From assembly GCA_950097015.1 (NCBI GenBank), contig CATNEN010000038.1:32674001-32738000 (forward strand): a stretch of 64,000 nt of DNA. Direction: 5' to 3'. The stretch is from Macrostomum hystrix. Lineage: Eukaryota; Animalia; Platyhelminthes. The position numbers and the translations under genes are program-made. A model generated the notes under the pieces. It was not told the origin of the DNA, did no database searches, and saw nothing but the letters and a program-made list of their open reading frames with translations. This document shows positions 26,101 to 37,100 of the stretch, piece after piece (position 1 is the first letter of the stretch; each line of letters starts with the position of its first letter).

Positions 26101-28354
26101 CGCCACTCTGCGGGCCAAATTTTAACAGTCTATGGCCGCGGGCTAGCCGGCCCCAGCTCATGCGTTTATTATGCGCCTAGCCAGGGTGCCCTCATGGTGA
26201 GGTGAGCTGGGCTAGCCGATCGCAGCTCATGAGCCCAGCCCATGGGCCCAGGGTGCGCTCCTGGTGTGGGCCTCGGATATGGGATAGGAAGGTGACGGGG
26301 GGGAGGAGGAGGGGGAGAGGTTGCCCATGAGGGCGGATAGCTCAGTCAGTAAGGTGTCGGACTCTGGATCAGATGGTCCTGGGTTCGACTCCCGACCTAG
26401 TATATATATATAATACAAGTCAAGAATATGCATTTCATTATTTTTACGCATAATGCTACTTAGAGTAAAGTAGTAAGTGTATTCTATCTTTAATTTTCTT
26501 CAATAAAAAATTATAATCTAATATTTACCCGGCACCTTCAACAAGGTAAGACTCGAAACTTGTTCGTGATGCGACTCAGCATCCGATGGGATTAGAGGCC
26601 AGCTCAATGGTACGGTTAGCAGGTAAATTGTTCCCAGGACGTAGAAGGGCATGCCGAAGCCGCCCCAGCCGTACAGTAGGCCACCGACAGCTGGTCCGAG
26701 GACGGCGCCTATGCCGCAGAAGGTCTCGGCGATGCCAAACACCTGCGACACATTGTCGCCAAATTCTTGCGCGATTATAACAAAAGCGGCCGTTGTGTAG
26801 GAGGCGAATCCCCAAGCTGTTATGATGCGAATGGCGAAGCAGTAAATAATGAACATGATGCCGCCGTCCCTGCTAGGCATGTGATCTAGGGCGCCAAACA
26901 GCACGGTGGAACAGCCGCCTAGGAAGGCTCCAGATAGGAATAGAAATTTCACACCAGCCGGCTTCATCATGGCGCCTGGCACGGATAGTAAAAATAATCA
27001 TGAATATGATAAACATCTATGTATAATTAATTAGGCTAAATTTAAATGTTTTTTAAGCGCCATTTTCCGTGTTTACGTAAAACTTTCCGGATTTTTACGT
27101 AATTTTCGTTTAGGGTTTTTTAATCTAAATCGTATGGCCACATTGGGTCTAAACGATTTTTTTACGTTAAATTGTTTTGTATGATTAAAAAATAGATCTT
27201 ATTTGAAGTTGTATAAGGGGGTGAGTGGCAGAGCGCGTTTGCCTCTCGCGTCGGGATCCCTGAGCTCGATTCCGCGGCGAGGCCACATTCATTTAGGGCG
27301 CAGCCGCGGAGAGAAGGCTTTGGGGCTTGTCATGCAATTTACGCCCTTGAGGGGTCAACCTCCCAAGGCACAGTGAGAGTGTACAGTGAGAGTGTACACT
27401 GCCTGACGATGAGAAAGTCAGGGGCAGATGTACACACCTGTTTGAGCGTGTGCCTGCGTACGGTATCTGTGTGCATGTGTGCTCAGGAATCAGCGAAATG
27501 GACAGAATGGCTGTGGGTCTAGTGTCACTAAATGTGTCATTGCCAACAGCCCTCCTGCAATTATTAATATTATTCTTGTAAGAGTCACATAAAAATTGAA
27601 ATCTAATGCAAATTAGCTTACCAACCATCGGGCTGAAGATCACCTGGGCCAGCGGCAATACACCGAATATCCATCCGCTAATGGTGCTGGAGACACCTTT
27701 GGCTTTGGCTTCGCTAGGAAAGAATGGCGCCATGATTGACAGCATGACATTTGAGCAGAGCTCGCCAAGGCAAAGCGATATTAATAATAGCTTTCGCTTG
27801 CGACTCAATGCTCTAAACGAGAATGGGACAAATATTGATGACTCGTCTGATGAAGTCGAGCTGTCACTGTCGCCGCTGTTTTCTAAGTCGCGTTGATTGA
27901 CACTAGGGTCCGCTTTTATGCTCTGATTGGCTGGGGTGAACAGTAGGAGTAACTATACTAAGAATTTAGAGGTTAAAGGCCTCGTCATGTAATTAGTGAG
28001 CTTAAGATTATGGAAATAAATAAATTTTTGTTAAATAATTTGCTCACCATAAACAGGATTAGTCACAGCTTGAATAGGTGCAGTAGCTTGCTGTTGCTGC
28101 TCAGGTGGCTTACTAAGCAAATCATTAGCCCTGCTGCCACCAGCAGGCAATGATATAGATGTGGTAGCCAATCTCTGTGTGACAATGACAGGTGGCACAC
28201 TGGGGCTGACAAAGCCAGAAATGCGATGTGCACTACTTGCAGTAGCAATTGATGCTCTTTGACTGCCATTCATGTCAGCATTAATTGCCTGGCTAGCTAT
28301 AGATTCGCCATAGTCACTAGGCCAAGCACCATTGGCACAATGAAAAGATTCCAT
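23181..28354 (-). CDS. SLC18B1: MFS transporter, SLC18B1 (vesicular polyamine transporter)-like
   Basis: Exons 28354-28048, 27930-27622, 26975-26529, 25253-24863, 24555-24481, 24338-24245 and 23786-23181, all GT-AG and phase-consistent. Motifs SIMAPFFPSEAKAKG, GIAETFCGIGAVLGPAVGGLLY..GGF.MPF and GGLWGSAYAFGEFVGPIAGGFLVD. Confidence 0.85.
23800..24160. repeat. ~30-bp intronic tandem repeat
   Basis: Unit GGGGTGAGATTTTGAAGCCTTTCTAATCCCA in the last intron of the SLC18B1-like gene. Confidence 0.9.
24620..24830. repeat. ~15-bp intronic tandem repeat
   Basis: Unit GAAATCGACGAATCA. Confidence 0.85.
25285..25490. repeat. ~40-47-bp intronic tandem repeat, 4-5 copies
   Basis: Unit CAGTGGGATATCGATAATCCTCAGGGTACTCAAAACACCTGACCCTG. 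Confidence 0.85.
25699..26400 (+). mobile_element. Non-autonomous Helitron in an SLC18B1 intron
   Basis: 5' A|TCTATATATATAAAAG followed by (CTGT)n and CCGAAACCGCTCAACCAAATCGCACCAAACTTTG. 3' end CTAG|T at 26400. Sits between A and T with no TSD, as expected for Helitrons. Confidence 0.7.
26331..26395 (+). pseudogene. tRNA-derived sequence (pseudo-tRNA or SINE head, CTG anticodon-like loop) at the Helitron 3' end
   Basis: A box TAGCTCAGTCAG, anticodon arm TCGGA-CTCTGGA-TCAGA (one mismatch), B box GGTTCGACTCC. The acceptor stem is incomplete. Confidence 0.65.
27217..27575 (+). mobile_element. tRNA-derived SINE-like insertion in an SLC18B1 intron
   Basis: A-box-like TGGCAGAGCG and B-box-like GCTCGATTCC at the 5' end, a GC-rich body with a hairpin, and an ATT-rich tail. 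Confidence 0.5.
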
Positions 28355-30194
28355 AATTAGCAGTTATATTTGATGAGCCTCTAAAAGGTGTACCATGTAC
28401 CACTGGATTATAACTTTGCCAGTCTATGAGGCTTAAGCTCCCAGTTCTTTGGTTCTTTAAGTCCAGCTACTAAGGGTCTTTAACTTATGAATGCTGAAAA
28501 AAATTGTCACTTAAAATTAGAAGGTTTATCATTTAATAAAACATAAAATACTTACAATAATTCAAACAAAATATTTTATTCTGATACTCTAATATATTGC
28601 AATTTGCAACAGATTATGTACTATTGTCTTGAGTAAAACAATACAATAAAATTATACACTAAACCACTACTACACTGCTAATAAAATATTTATTTCTATT
28701 CACTAGCATAGCTTGGAGTACCACCAAGTTTAACAGAGTAGACCATATATAATTTCATTTCATATTACTTCTGATTTTATAAAATAGTGAAACTATAATT
28801 CATAAGAGATATAACTCATAATTGCTTAGGCCTACAGAATGTTTTAATGCTTCATGATTACTTGAGTTAAGAATAAGCAGACTGAAATATACCTACATAA
28901 AGAAAAGTCCACTTAAACTATAATTCTAACAAAGTTTTTATTTTGTTTAAAATGGCAACAACTTATTTTTATTGTCATACATTTACACATTTCCTACAGA
29001 TTCAATATTGTCATTGTGTTCTTAAGTCTAACATCACTTATGTTAGGCCTACAGATTCTTTCAACTTTTTAAAGAGCTATTAAGAATATTTATTTCAAAG
29101 TCATGCAGTGTGTAAAATCACAAAGCCGTAAGTATTCTGGTGCGATAGTGGAAAAGTAGGGAAATATTTTAATGTGTGTAAAACAATTAGTTGGCCAATG
29201 TCAATGAAACTAAGATACATGCCGCTGATTAAACTAATGTCAGCTGGTCGAAAAGTTCATAAGAAGGTTTCGTGTGATCATATAAACACTATGTTTATAG
29301 ACTAAAAAGAATAATTGTGAGCAATACATTAAACAAGTTAAATAAGTACTTAATTGTAGTTTTCAGCTCGCGCGAGAAATTTTGTTTTCTTATTTTGAAC
29401 CGGAACAAAGTTTGAACAAGGAATAAGCTCTAGGCCTATATGTTGATAATATTGAGAAGTTTATGCTTAAATGAAAAATATATAGTCAATGACTCAATGT
29501 ATCTTTCTGCTATAACGTGTTGAAGACATACCGGGTTTCCTTTGACGCTTTAATGGTTCTCTTTCAAGCAAAGCTGGCTTTGTGTTCTATTTTATACTGC
29601 TACAACTGCTATATGCTACTCATTCAAGACGAGTAGCTCTGTGTCTGTACGATCACGCTTATAAATTCGACGCTGTTTTCGTCCATACACATCTGGCGCT
29701 TTTATTATTGGATCAGTCGGTGCGATAGGCTTGTGAAGTAGTGACTCGTCACTGATTGGCTAGAGAAGCGGTGAAAGTTATTTGCTGCAGTTTATATATA
29801 CATGCATATAAGGAAAATTCTTATATAGTTATAAATCCACTGCAGAAAGAGCGTCAATTTACTTAAAAAAAACACAGCTGACTCCAGCGCCAAAAATTCT
29901 CAACACCAAGAAAGAATTAAATCGATTTTGCACAATTGGCACATGCCATACAGTGGAAGACAAGATTGTCACAACATAAGAGGTAATTACATTGCCTTAG
30001 TTTTCATACCGGACAGCTCTTTCTCCCATATGATAGCACAGTGTGCATAGCCGGTCGGCAACACTCTCACCCGCAGGCTAAGCTAGATACTGGATAAGAA
30101 TAAGGATCCATGGCCACTTCCAAAACCTCTCTTTACCATATTAAAGAGAGGTCTTGTTTTACCACTTCTCTCATGCATTATCTCTTACTGACGT

Positions 30195-31640
30195 GTCTCA
30201 CCTCTCCCCTGTCTCACCTCTCCTGTGTCTCATCTCTCCTGTGTCTCATCTCTCCTGTGTCTCAACTCTCCTGTGTCTCATCTCTCCTGTGTCTCATCTC
30301 TCCTGTGTCTCAACTCTCCTGTGTCTCAACTCTCCTGTGTCTCAACTCAACTGTGTCTCATCTCCCCTGTGTCTCATCTCTCCTGTGTCTCATCTCTCCT
30401 GTGTCTCATCTCTCCTGTGTCTCATCTCTCCTGTGTCTCAACTCTCCTGTGTCTCATCTCTCCTGTGTCTCATCTCTCCTGTGTCTCATCTCAACTGTGT
30501 CTCATCTCTCCTGTGTCTCAACTCTCCTGTGTCTCATCTCTCCTGTGTCTCATCTCTCCTGTGTCTCATCTCTCCTGTGTCTCATCTCTCCTGTGTCTCA
30601 TCTCTCCTGTGTCTCATCTCTCCTGTGTCTCAACTCTCCTGTGTTTCAACTCTCCTGTGTCTCATCTCTCCTGTGTCTCATCTCCCCTGTGTCTCATCTC
30701 TCCTGTGTCTCAACTCTCCTGTGTCTCATCTCTCCTGTGACTCATCTCTCCTGTGTCTCATCTCTCCTGTGTCTCATCTCTCCTGTGTCTCATCTCTCCT
30801 GTGTCTCATCTCTCCTGTGTCTCATCTCTCCTGTGTCTCATCTCTCCTGTGTCTCATCTCTCCTGTGTCTCATCTCTCCTGTGTCTCATCTCTCCTGTGT
30901 CTCATCTCTCCTGTGTCTCATCTCTCCTGTGTCTCATCTCTCCTGTGTCTCAACTCTCCTGTGTTTCAACTCTCCTGTGTCTCATCTCTCCTGTGTCTCA
31001 TCTCCCCTGTGTCTCATCTCTCCTGTGTCTCAACTCTCCTGTGTCTCATCTCTCCTGTGACTCATCTCTCCTGTGTCTCATCTCTCCTGTGTCTCATCTC
31101 TCCTGTGTCTCATCTCTCCTGTGTCTCATCTCTCCTGTGTCTCATCTCTCCTGTGTCTCATCTCTCCTGTGTCTCATCTCTCCTGTGTCTCATCTCTCCT
31201 GTGACTCAACTCTCCTGTGTCTCATCTCTCCTGTGTCTCATCTCTCCTGTGTCTCATCTCTCCTGTGTCTCATCTCTCCTGTGTCTCATCTCTCCTGTGT
31301 CTCATCTCTCCTGTGACTCATCTCTCCTGTGACTCATCTCTCCTGTGTCTCATCTCTCCTGTGTCTCAACTCTCCTGTGTCTCAACTCTCCTGTGTCTCA
31401 ACTCTCCTGTGTCTCATCTCCCCTGTGTCTCATCTCTCCTGTGTCTCATCTCTCCTGTGTCTCATCTCTCCTGTGTCTCAACTCTCCTGTGTCTCATCTC
31501 TCCTGTGTCTCAACTCTCCTGTGTCTCAACTCTCCTGTGTCTCAACTCTCCTGTGTCTCATCTCTCCTGTGTCTCAACTCTCCTGTGTCTCAACTCTCCT
31601 GTGTCTCAACTCTCCTGTGTCTCATCTCTCCTGTGTCTCG
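30195..31640. repeat. 16-bp pyrimidine-rich minisatellite
   Basis: Unit TCTCA(T/A)CTCTCCTGTG. It produces the spurious SHLSCVSSLLCLISPV ORFs. Confidence 0.97.
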
Positions 31641-31920
31641 TTCTCCCGTGCATGTTTAGAGAGATGGCCGTTGGGATGAAAGTTAGGAAAGTGTTGCCTT
31701 TGCGGTTAATTAACTAAAGCTATCCCAGTATATAGTTCCTAATAAAACGCCAGCCTATATGCATAACTTTCGTTACAAGTGGCTGAGTGTGGTCATAAAA
31801 CTGTTCCGTACTTTAACGCAGCTCTTGTCAAATGAGTTTTCTAAAATGAAAGCGTGATTGACTAATTGCAGTTGCATTTGCTGTGAAATAGGATATTATC
31901 ATCGAGTTGGCGATTCGAAA

Positions 31921-34147
31921 ATGCGACCAGCAGAACTGCTACTGCTATTAGCACTGTCCGTGGTTAGGTAAAGAGAGAAAAACAAATCTTTTTTCGTAAA
32001 GTCTGCTCAAACTAAAAAAATCCTCAAAAAACATGACATTGAAGAGCCTCAGAAGAGCATGTCAAAATTGGTGGCCTTGCCCTGGCAGCTAACGAAAGCA
32101 GCGCCATTCTTGACCAGGAGAGAAATTTCAAAGTGTGAGTTTTTTTTACTGGCCTTAAATATATTATAACAAAATATGTTTATCATATGCTGAACGTTAT
32201 GCAGGGTGACATTTCGAGCATCGGAGTGCCATTTTTAGCATTTGAAATGCCATTTTGAGGACTAGAGTGCCATTTTTAGCATTTGAAATGCCATTTTGAG
32301 GACTAGAGTGCCATTTTGAGCATTTGAAATGCCATTTTGAGGATTAGAGTGCCATTTTGAGCATTTGAAATGCCATTTTGAGGATTAGAGTGCCATTTTG
32401 AGCATTTGAAATGCCATTTTGAGGATTAGAGTGCCATTTTGAGCAATTGAAATGCCATTTTGAGCATGGGAGTGCCTTTTTCAGTATTGGAGTGCCATTT
32501 TGAGGATTAGAGTGCCATTTTAGTATTGGAGTGCCATTTTAGTATTAGAGTGCTATTTTAGTATTAGAGTGCCATTTTGAGGATTAGAGTGCCATTTTGA
32601 GGATTAGAGTGCCATTTTAGTATTGGAGTGCCATTTTGAGCATTAGAGTGCCATTTTGAGGATCAGAGTGCCATTTTAGTATTGGAGTGCCATTTTCAGC
32701 ATTAAAAAGAGTGCCATATTGAGGATTGAAATGTCAATTTGAGCATTGGATTGCCATTTTGAGTATTGGGGTGCCGTTTTCAGAATTAGTCCGAAAGAGT
32801 GTATCTGCTACTTTTATATATTTGGAGGAACAACGGAGATGAATAATGGAATGAAATGGTTAAGTATAATATATCCTTGTCGGTAAGTGATCTTGAAATA
32901 ATTAAAAAGCCAACCTCATTACCCTCAACTGATGGTTATCTAGGAAGAACATTATCGATCGCTTATTGCAAAACTACACTAGACAGAACAGCCCGCATGG
33001 AGGTGAGTCAACGATTGCAAATTACGCTCGTAACTTTAGTCGACTGAAGATCGCATTGTAAACTTGCTTTGATTCATGAGCTATTGTACTAACTTATATA
33101 TGAGTTATATACTTTGATTCATACTATAGAACAATACATATCTCTTTAGCTGTTATGTGCTAAAGATTTGGGCTGATTGTTAACGATACACGAGAGCAAT
33201 TTATCGCATGACTAGAGCGAAAAAGCGACAAAGCTTTGTTTCGTGAATGAGGTATATGCTGGTTTTATCAGTTTTGTGTCTCAGTTGTGTGTCTATGTCT
33301 CTCTGTCTCTCTCTGTGTGTCTATGTCTCTCTGTCTCTCTCTATCTCTCTGTGTGTGTGTCTGTCTATGTCTCTCTGTCTCTCTCTGTGTGTCTATGTCT
33401 CTCTGTCTCTCTCTATCTCTCTGTGTGTCTGTCTGTCTCTCTGTCTCTCTCTATCTCTCTGTGTGTCTGTCTGTCTCTCTGTCTCTCTCTATCTCTCTGT
33501 GTGTCTGTCTGTCTCTCTGTCTCTCTCTATCTCTCTGTGTGTCTGTCTGTCTCTCTGTCTCTCTCTATCTCTCTGTGTGTCTGTCTGTCTCTCTGTCTCT
33601 CTCTGTGTGTCTATGTCTCTCTGTCTCTCTCTATCTCTCTGTGTGTCTGTCTGTCTCTCTGTCTCTCTGAGTGTCTATGTCTCTCTGTCTCTCTCTATCT
33701 CTCTGTGTGTGTGTCTGTGTCTCTCTGTCTCTCTCTGTGTGTGTATGTCTCTCTGTCTCTCTCTGTGTGTCTATGTCTCTCTGTCTCTCTCTATCTCTCT
33801 GTGTGTGTTTCTGTGTCTCTCTGTCTCTCTCTGTGTGTCTATGTCTCTCTGTCTCTCTCTATCTCTCTGTGTGTCTGTCTGTCTCTCTGTCTCTCTGTGT
33901 GTGTGTGTGTGTCTGTCTCTCTGTCTGCCTCTCTGTCTGTCTCTCTGTCTCTCTGTCTCTGTCTCTTTGTCTCTCTGTCTCTCTCTGTCTGTCTGTCTCT
34001 CTGTCTCTCTCTCTCTCTCTCTGTGTGTCTGTCTGTCTCTCTGTCTCTCTGTGTGTGTGTGTGTCTGTCTCTCTGTCTGCCTCTCTGTCTGTCTCTCTGT
34101 CTCTCTGTCTCTGTCTCTCTGTCTCTCTGACTCTCTCTGTCTGTCTG

Positions 34148-34186
<39 letters not shown>

Positions 34187-37100
34187 CTGTCTGTCTTTCT
34201 GTCTCTCTGTGTGTGTGTGTTTGTCTCTCTGTCTGCCTCTCTGTCTGTCTCTCTGTCTCTCTGTCTCTCTGTCTCTCTGTCTCTGTCTCTCTGTCTCTCT
34301 GTCTCTGTCTCTCTGTGTGTCTATGTCTCTCAGTCTCTCTATCTCTCTCTCTCTGTGTGTCTGTCTCTCTGTCTCTCTGTGTGTGTGTGTTTGTCTCTCT
34401 GTCTGCCTCTCTGTCTGTCTCTCTGTCTCTCTGTCTCTCTGTCTCTCTGTCTGTCTCTCTGTCTCTCTGTCTCTGTCTCCCTGTCTCTCTCTGTGTGTCT
34501 GTCTGTCTCTCTATCTCTCTATCTCTGTGTGTGTGAGTTTGTCTCTCTGTCTGCCTCTCTGTCTGTCTCTCTGTCTCTGTCTCTCTGTCTCTCTGTCTCT
34601 CTGTCTCTGTCTCTGTCTCTCTGTCTCTGTCTCTCTGTCTCTGTCTCTCTGTCTCTCTGTCTCTGTCTCTCTGTCTCTCTGTCTCTCTGTCTCTCTGTCT
34701 CTCTGTCTCTCTGTCTCTGTCTCTCTGTCTCTCTGTCTCTCTGTGTGTCTATGTCTCTCTGTCTCTCTCTATCTCTCTGTCTGTCTCTCTGTCTCTCTGT
34801 CTCTCTGTCTCTGTCTCTCTGTCTCTCTGTGTGTCTATGTCTCTCTGTCTCTCTGTGTGTCTATGTCTCTCTGTCTCTCTCTATCTCTCTGTCTGTCTCT
34901 CTGTCTCTCTGTCTCTGTCTCTCTGTCTCTCTGTCTCTGTCTCTGTCTCTCTGTCTCTCTGTCTCTCTGTCTCTGTCTCTGTCTCTGTCTCTCTGTCTCT
35001 GTCTTTCTGTCTCTCTGTCTCTGTCTCTCTGTCTCTCTGTCTCTCTGTCTCTGTCTCTGTCTCTCTGTCTCTGTCTTTCTGTCTCTCTGTCTCTCTGTCT
35101 CTGTCTCTGTCTCTCTGTCTCTGTCTTTCTGTCTCTCTGTCTCTCTGTCTCTCTGTCTCTGTCTCTGTCTCTCTGTCTCTCTATCTCCCAGTCTCCCTAT
35201 CTCTCTGTCTCTAAGTCCACCACTGAATGTGCAGATAAAATAGGCATTAGAAAGTGCAGAAGAGATAAGGTGTTCTCAGCTAAGCAACACAGTTTGAGCA
35301 TAGCTAGTTTTAGCTCCTTCATCACGCATGGCTATACTCGTGTGAGTTTCAGTCTCGCAAAGCATTAGAATGCGTACAAATATATATAGTCAGCATTGTT
35401 CGCGCATTCATCTTCAACTGTCTTCCTCATTTCCTGAAAAGCCTTTAAGCGAACTCACTCAATCTTTGTCTAAATTTGTCTCGTGATCTATACTATACTT
35501 TACCTAATATATGTATAAGCAATTACGAATTTGTAGTACCGGACCTATATATAGTATTTAGTGCGCGTGCTTGCGCGATGAATCACTGGATTTTGGGCAC
35601 CGACTATAACTGGATAAATGGATTCAATCTCAGTGCCTTAGATTTTATACTCATCAGCATACCTTTAGTTGTACCACTCCCTCTCACTCTACTCCCTTTC
35701 ACCCTGCCTCCCTCTCACCCTGCCTCCCTCTCACCCTGCCTCCCTCTCACCCTGCCTCCCTCTCACCCTGCCTCCCTCTCACCCTGCCTCCCTCTCACCC
35801 TGCCTCCCTCTCACCCTGCCTCCCTCTCACCCTGCCTCCCTCTCACCCTGCCTCCCTCTCACCCTGCCTCCCTCTCACCCTGCCTCCCTCTCACCCTGCC
35901 TCCCTCTCACCCTGCCTCCCTCTCACCCTGCCTCCCTCTCACCCTGCCTCCCTCTCACCCTGCCTCCCTCTCACCCTGCTTCCCTCTCACCCTGCCTCCC
36001 TCTCACCCTGCCTCCCTCTCACCCTGCCTCCCTCTCACCCTGCCTCCCTCTCACCCTGCCTCCCTCTCACCCTGCCTCCCTCTCACCCTGCCTCCCTCTC
36101 ACCCTGCCTCCCTTTCACCCTGCCTCCCTCTCACCCTGCCTCCCTCTCACCCTGCCTCCCTCTCACCCTGCCTCCCTCTCACCCTGCCTCCCTCTCACCC
36201 TGCCTCCCTCTCACCCTGCCTCCCTCTCACCCTGCCTCCCTCTCACCCTGCCTTCCTCTCACCCTGCCTCCCTCTCACCCTGCCTCCCTCTCACCCTGCC
36301 TCCCTCTCACCCTGCCTCCCTCTCACCCTGCCTCCCTCTCACCCTGCCTCCCTCTCACCCTGCCTCCCTCTCACCCTGCCTCCCTCTCACCCTGCCTCCC
36401 TCTCACCCTGCCTCCCTCTCACCCTGCCTCCCTCTCACCCTGCCTCCCTCTCACCCTGCCTCCCTCTCACCCTGCCTCCCTCTCACCCTGCCTCCCTCTC
36501 ACCCTGCCTCCCTCTCACCCTGCCTCCCTCTCACCCTGCCTCCCTCTCACCCTGCCTCCCTCTCACCCTGCCTCCCTCTCACCCTGCCTCCCTCTCACCC
36601 TGCCTCCCTCTCACCCTGCCTCCCTCTCACCCCGCCTCCCTCTCACTCTACCTCCCTCTCACCCTGCCTCCCTCTCACCCTGCCTCCCTCTCACCCTGCC
36701 TCCCTCTCACCCTGCCTCCCTCTCACCCTGCCTCCCTCTCACCCCGCCTCCCTCTCACTCTACCTCCCTGTCACCCCGCCTCCCTCTCACTCTACCTCCC
36801 TGTCATCCCGCCTCCCTCTCACTCTACCTCCCTCTCACCCTGCCTCCCTCTCACCCTGCCTCCCTCTCAACCTGCCTCCCTCTCACCCTGCCTCCCTCTC
36901 ACCCTGCCTCCCTCTCACCCCGCCTCCCTGTCACCCCGCCTCCCTCTCACTCTACCTCCCTGTCACCCCGCCTCCCTCTCACTCTACCTCCCTCTCACCC
37001 TACCTCCCTCTCACTCTACCTCCCTCTCACCCTGCCTCCCTCTCCCGCGACCTAACTCTAACCCTACCTCCCTCTAGCTAGCTAGCTCGACTTAGGCGCA

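Noticed and set aside
26331-26395. Functional tRNA-Gln gene
   Set aside because: The acceptor stem is incomplete, the anticodon stem has a mismatch, and the sequence is embedded in a repeat element.
30110-37081. Long S/L/C/P-rich ORFs in several frames
   Set aside because: These arise from stop-free pyrimidine repeats and are open in multiple frames, with no protein-like complexity.
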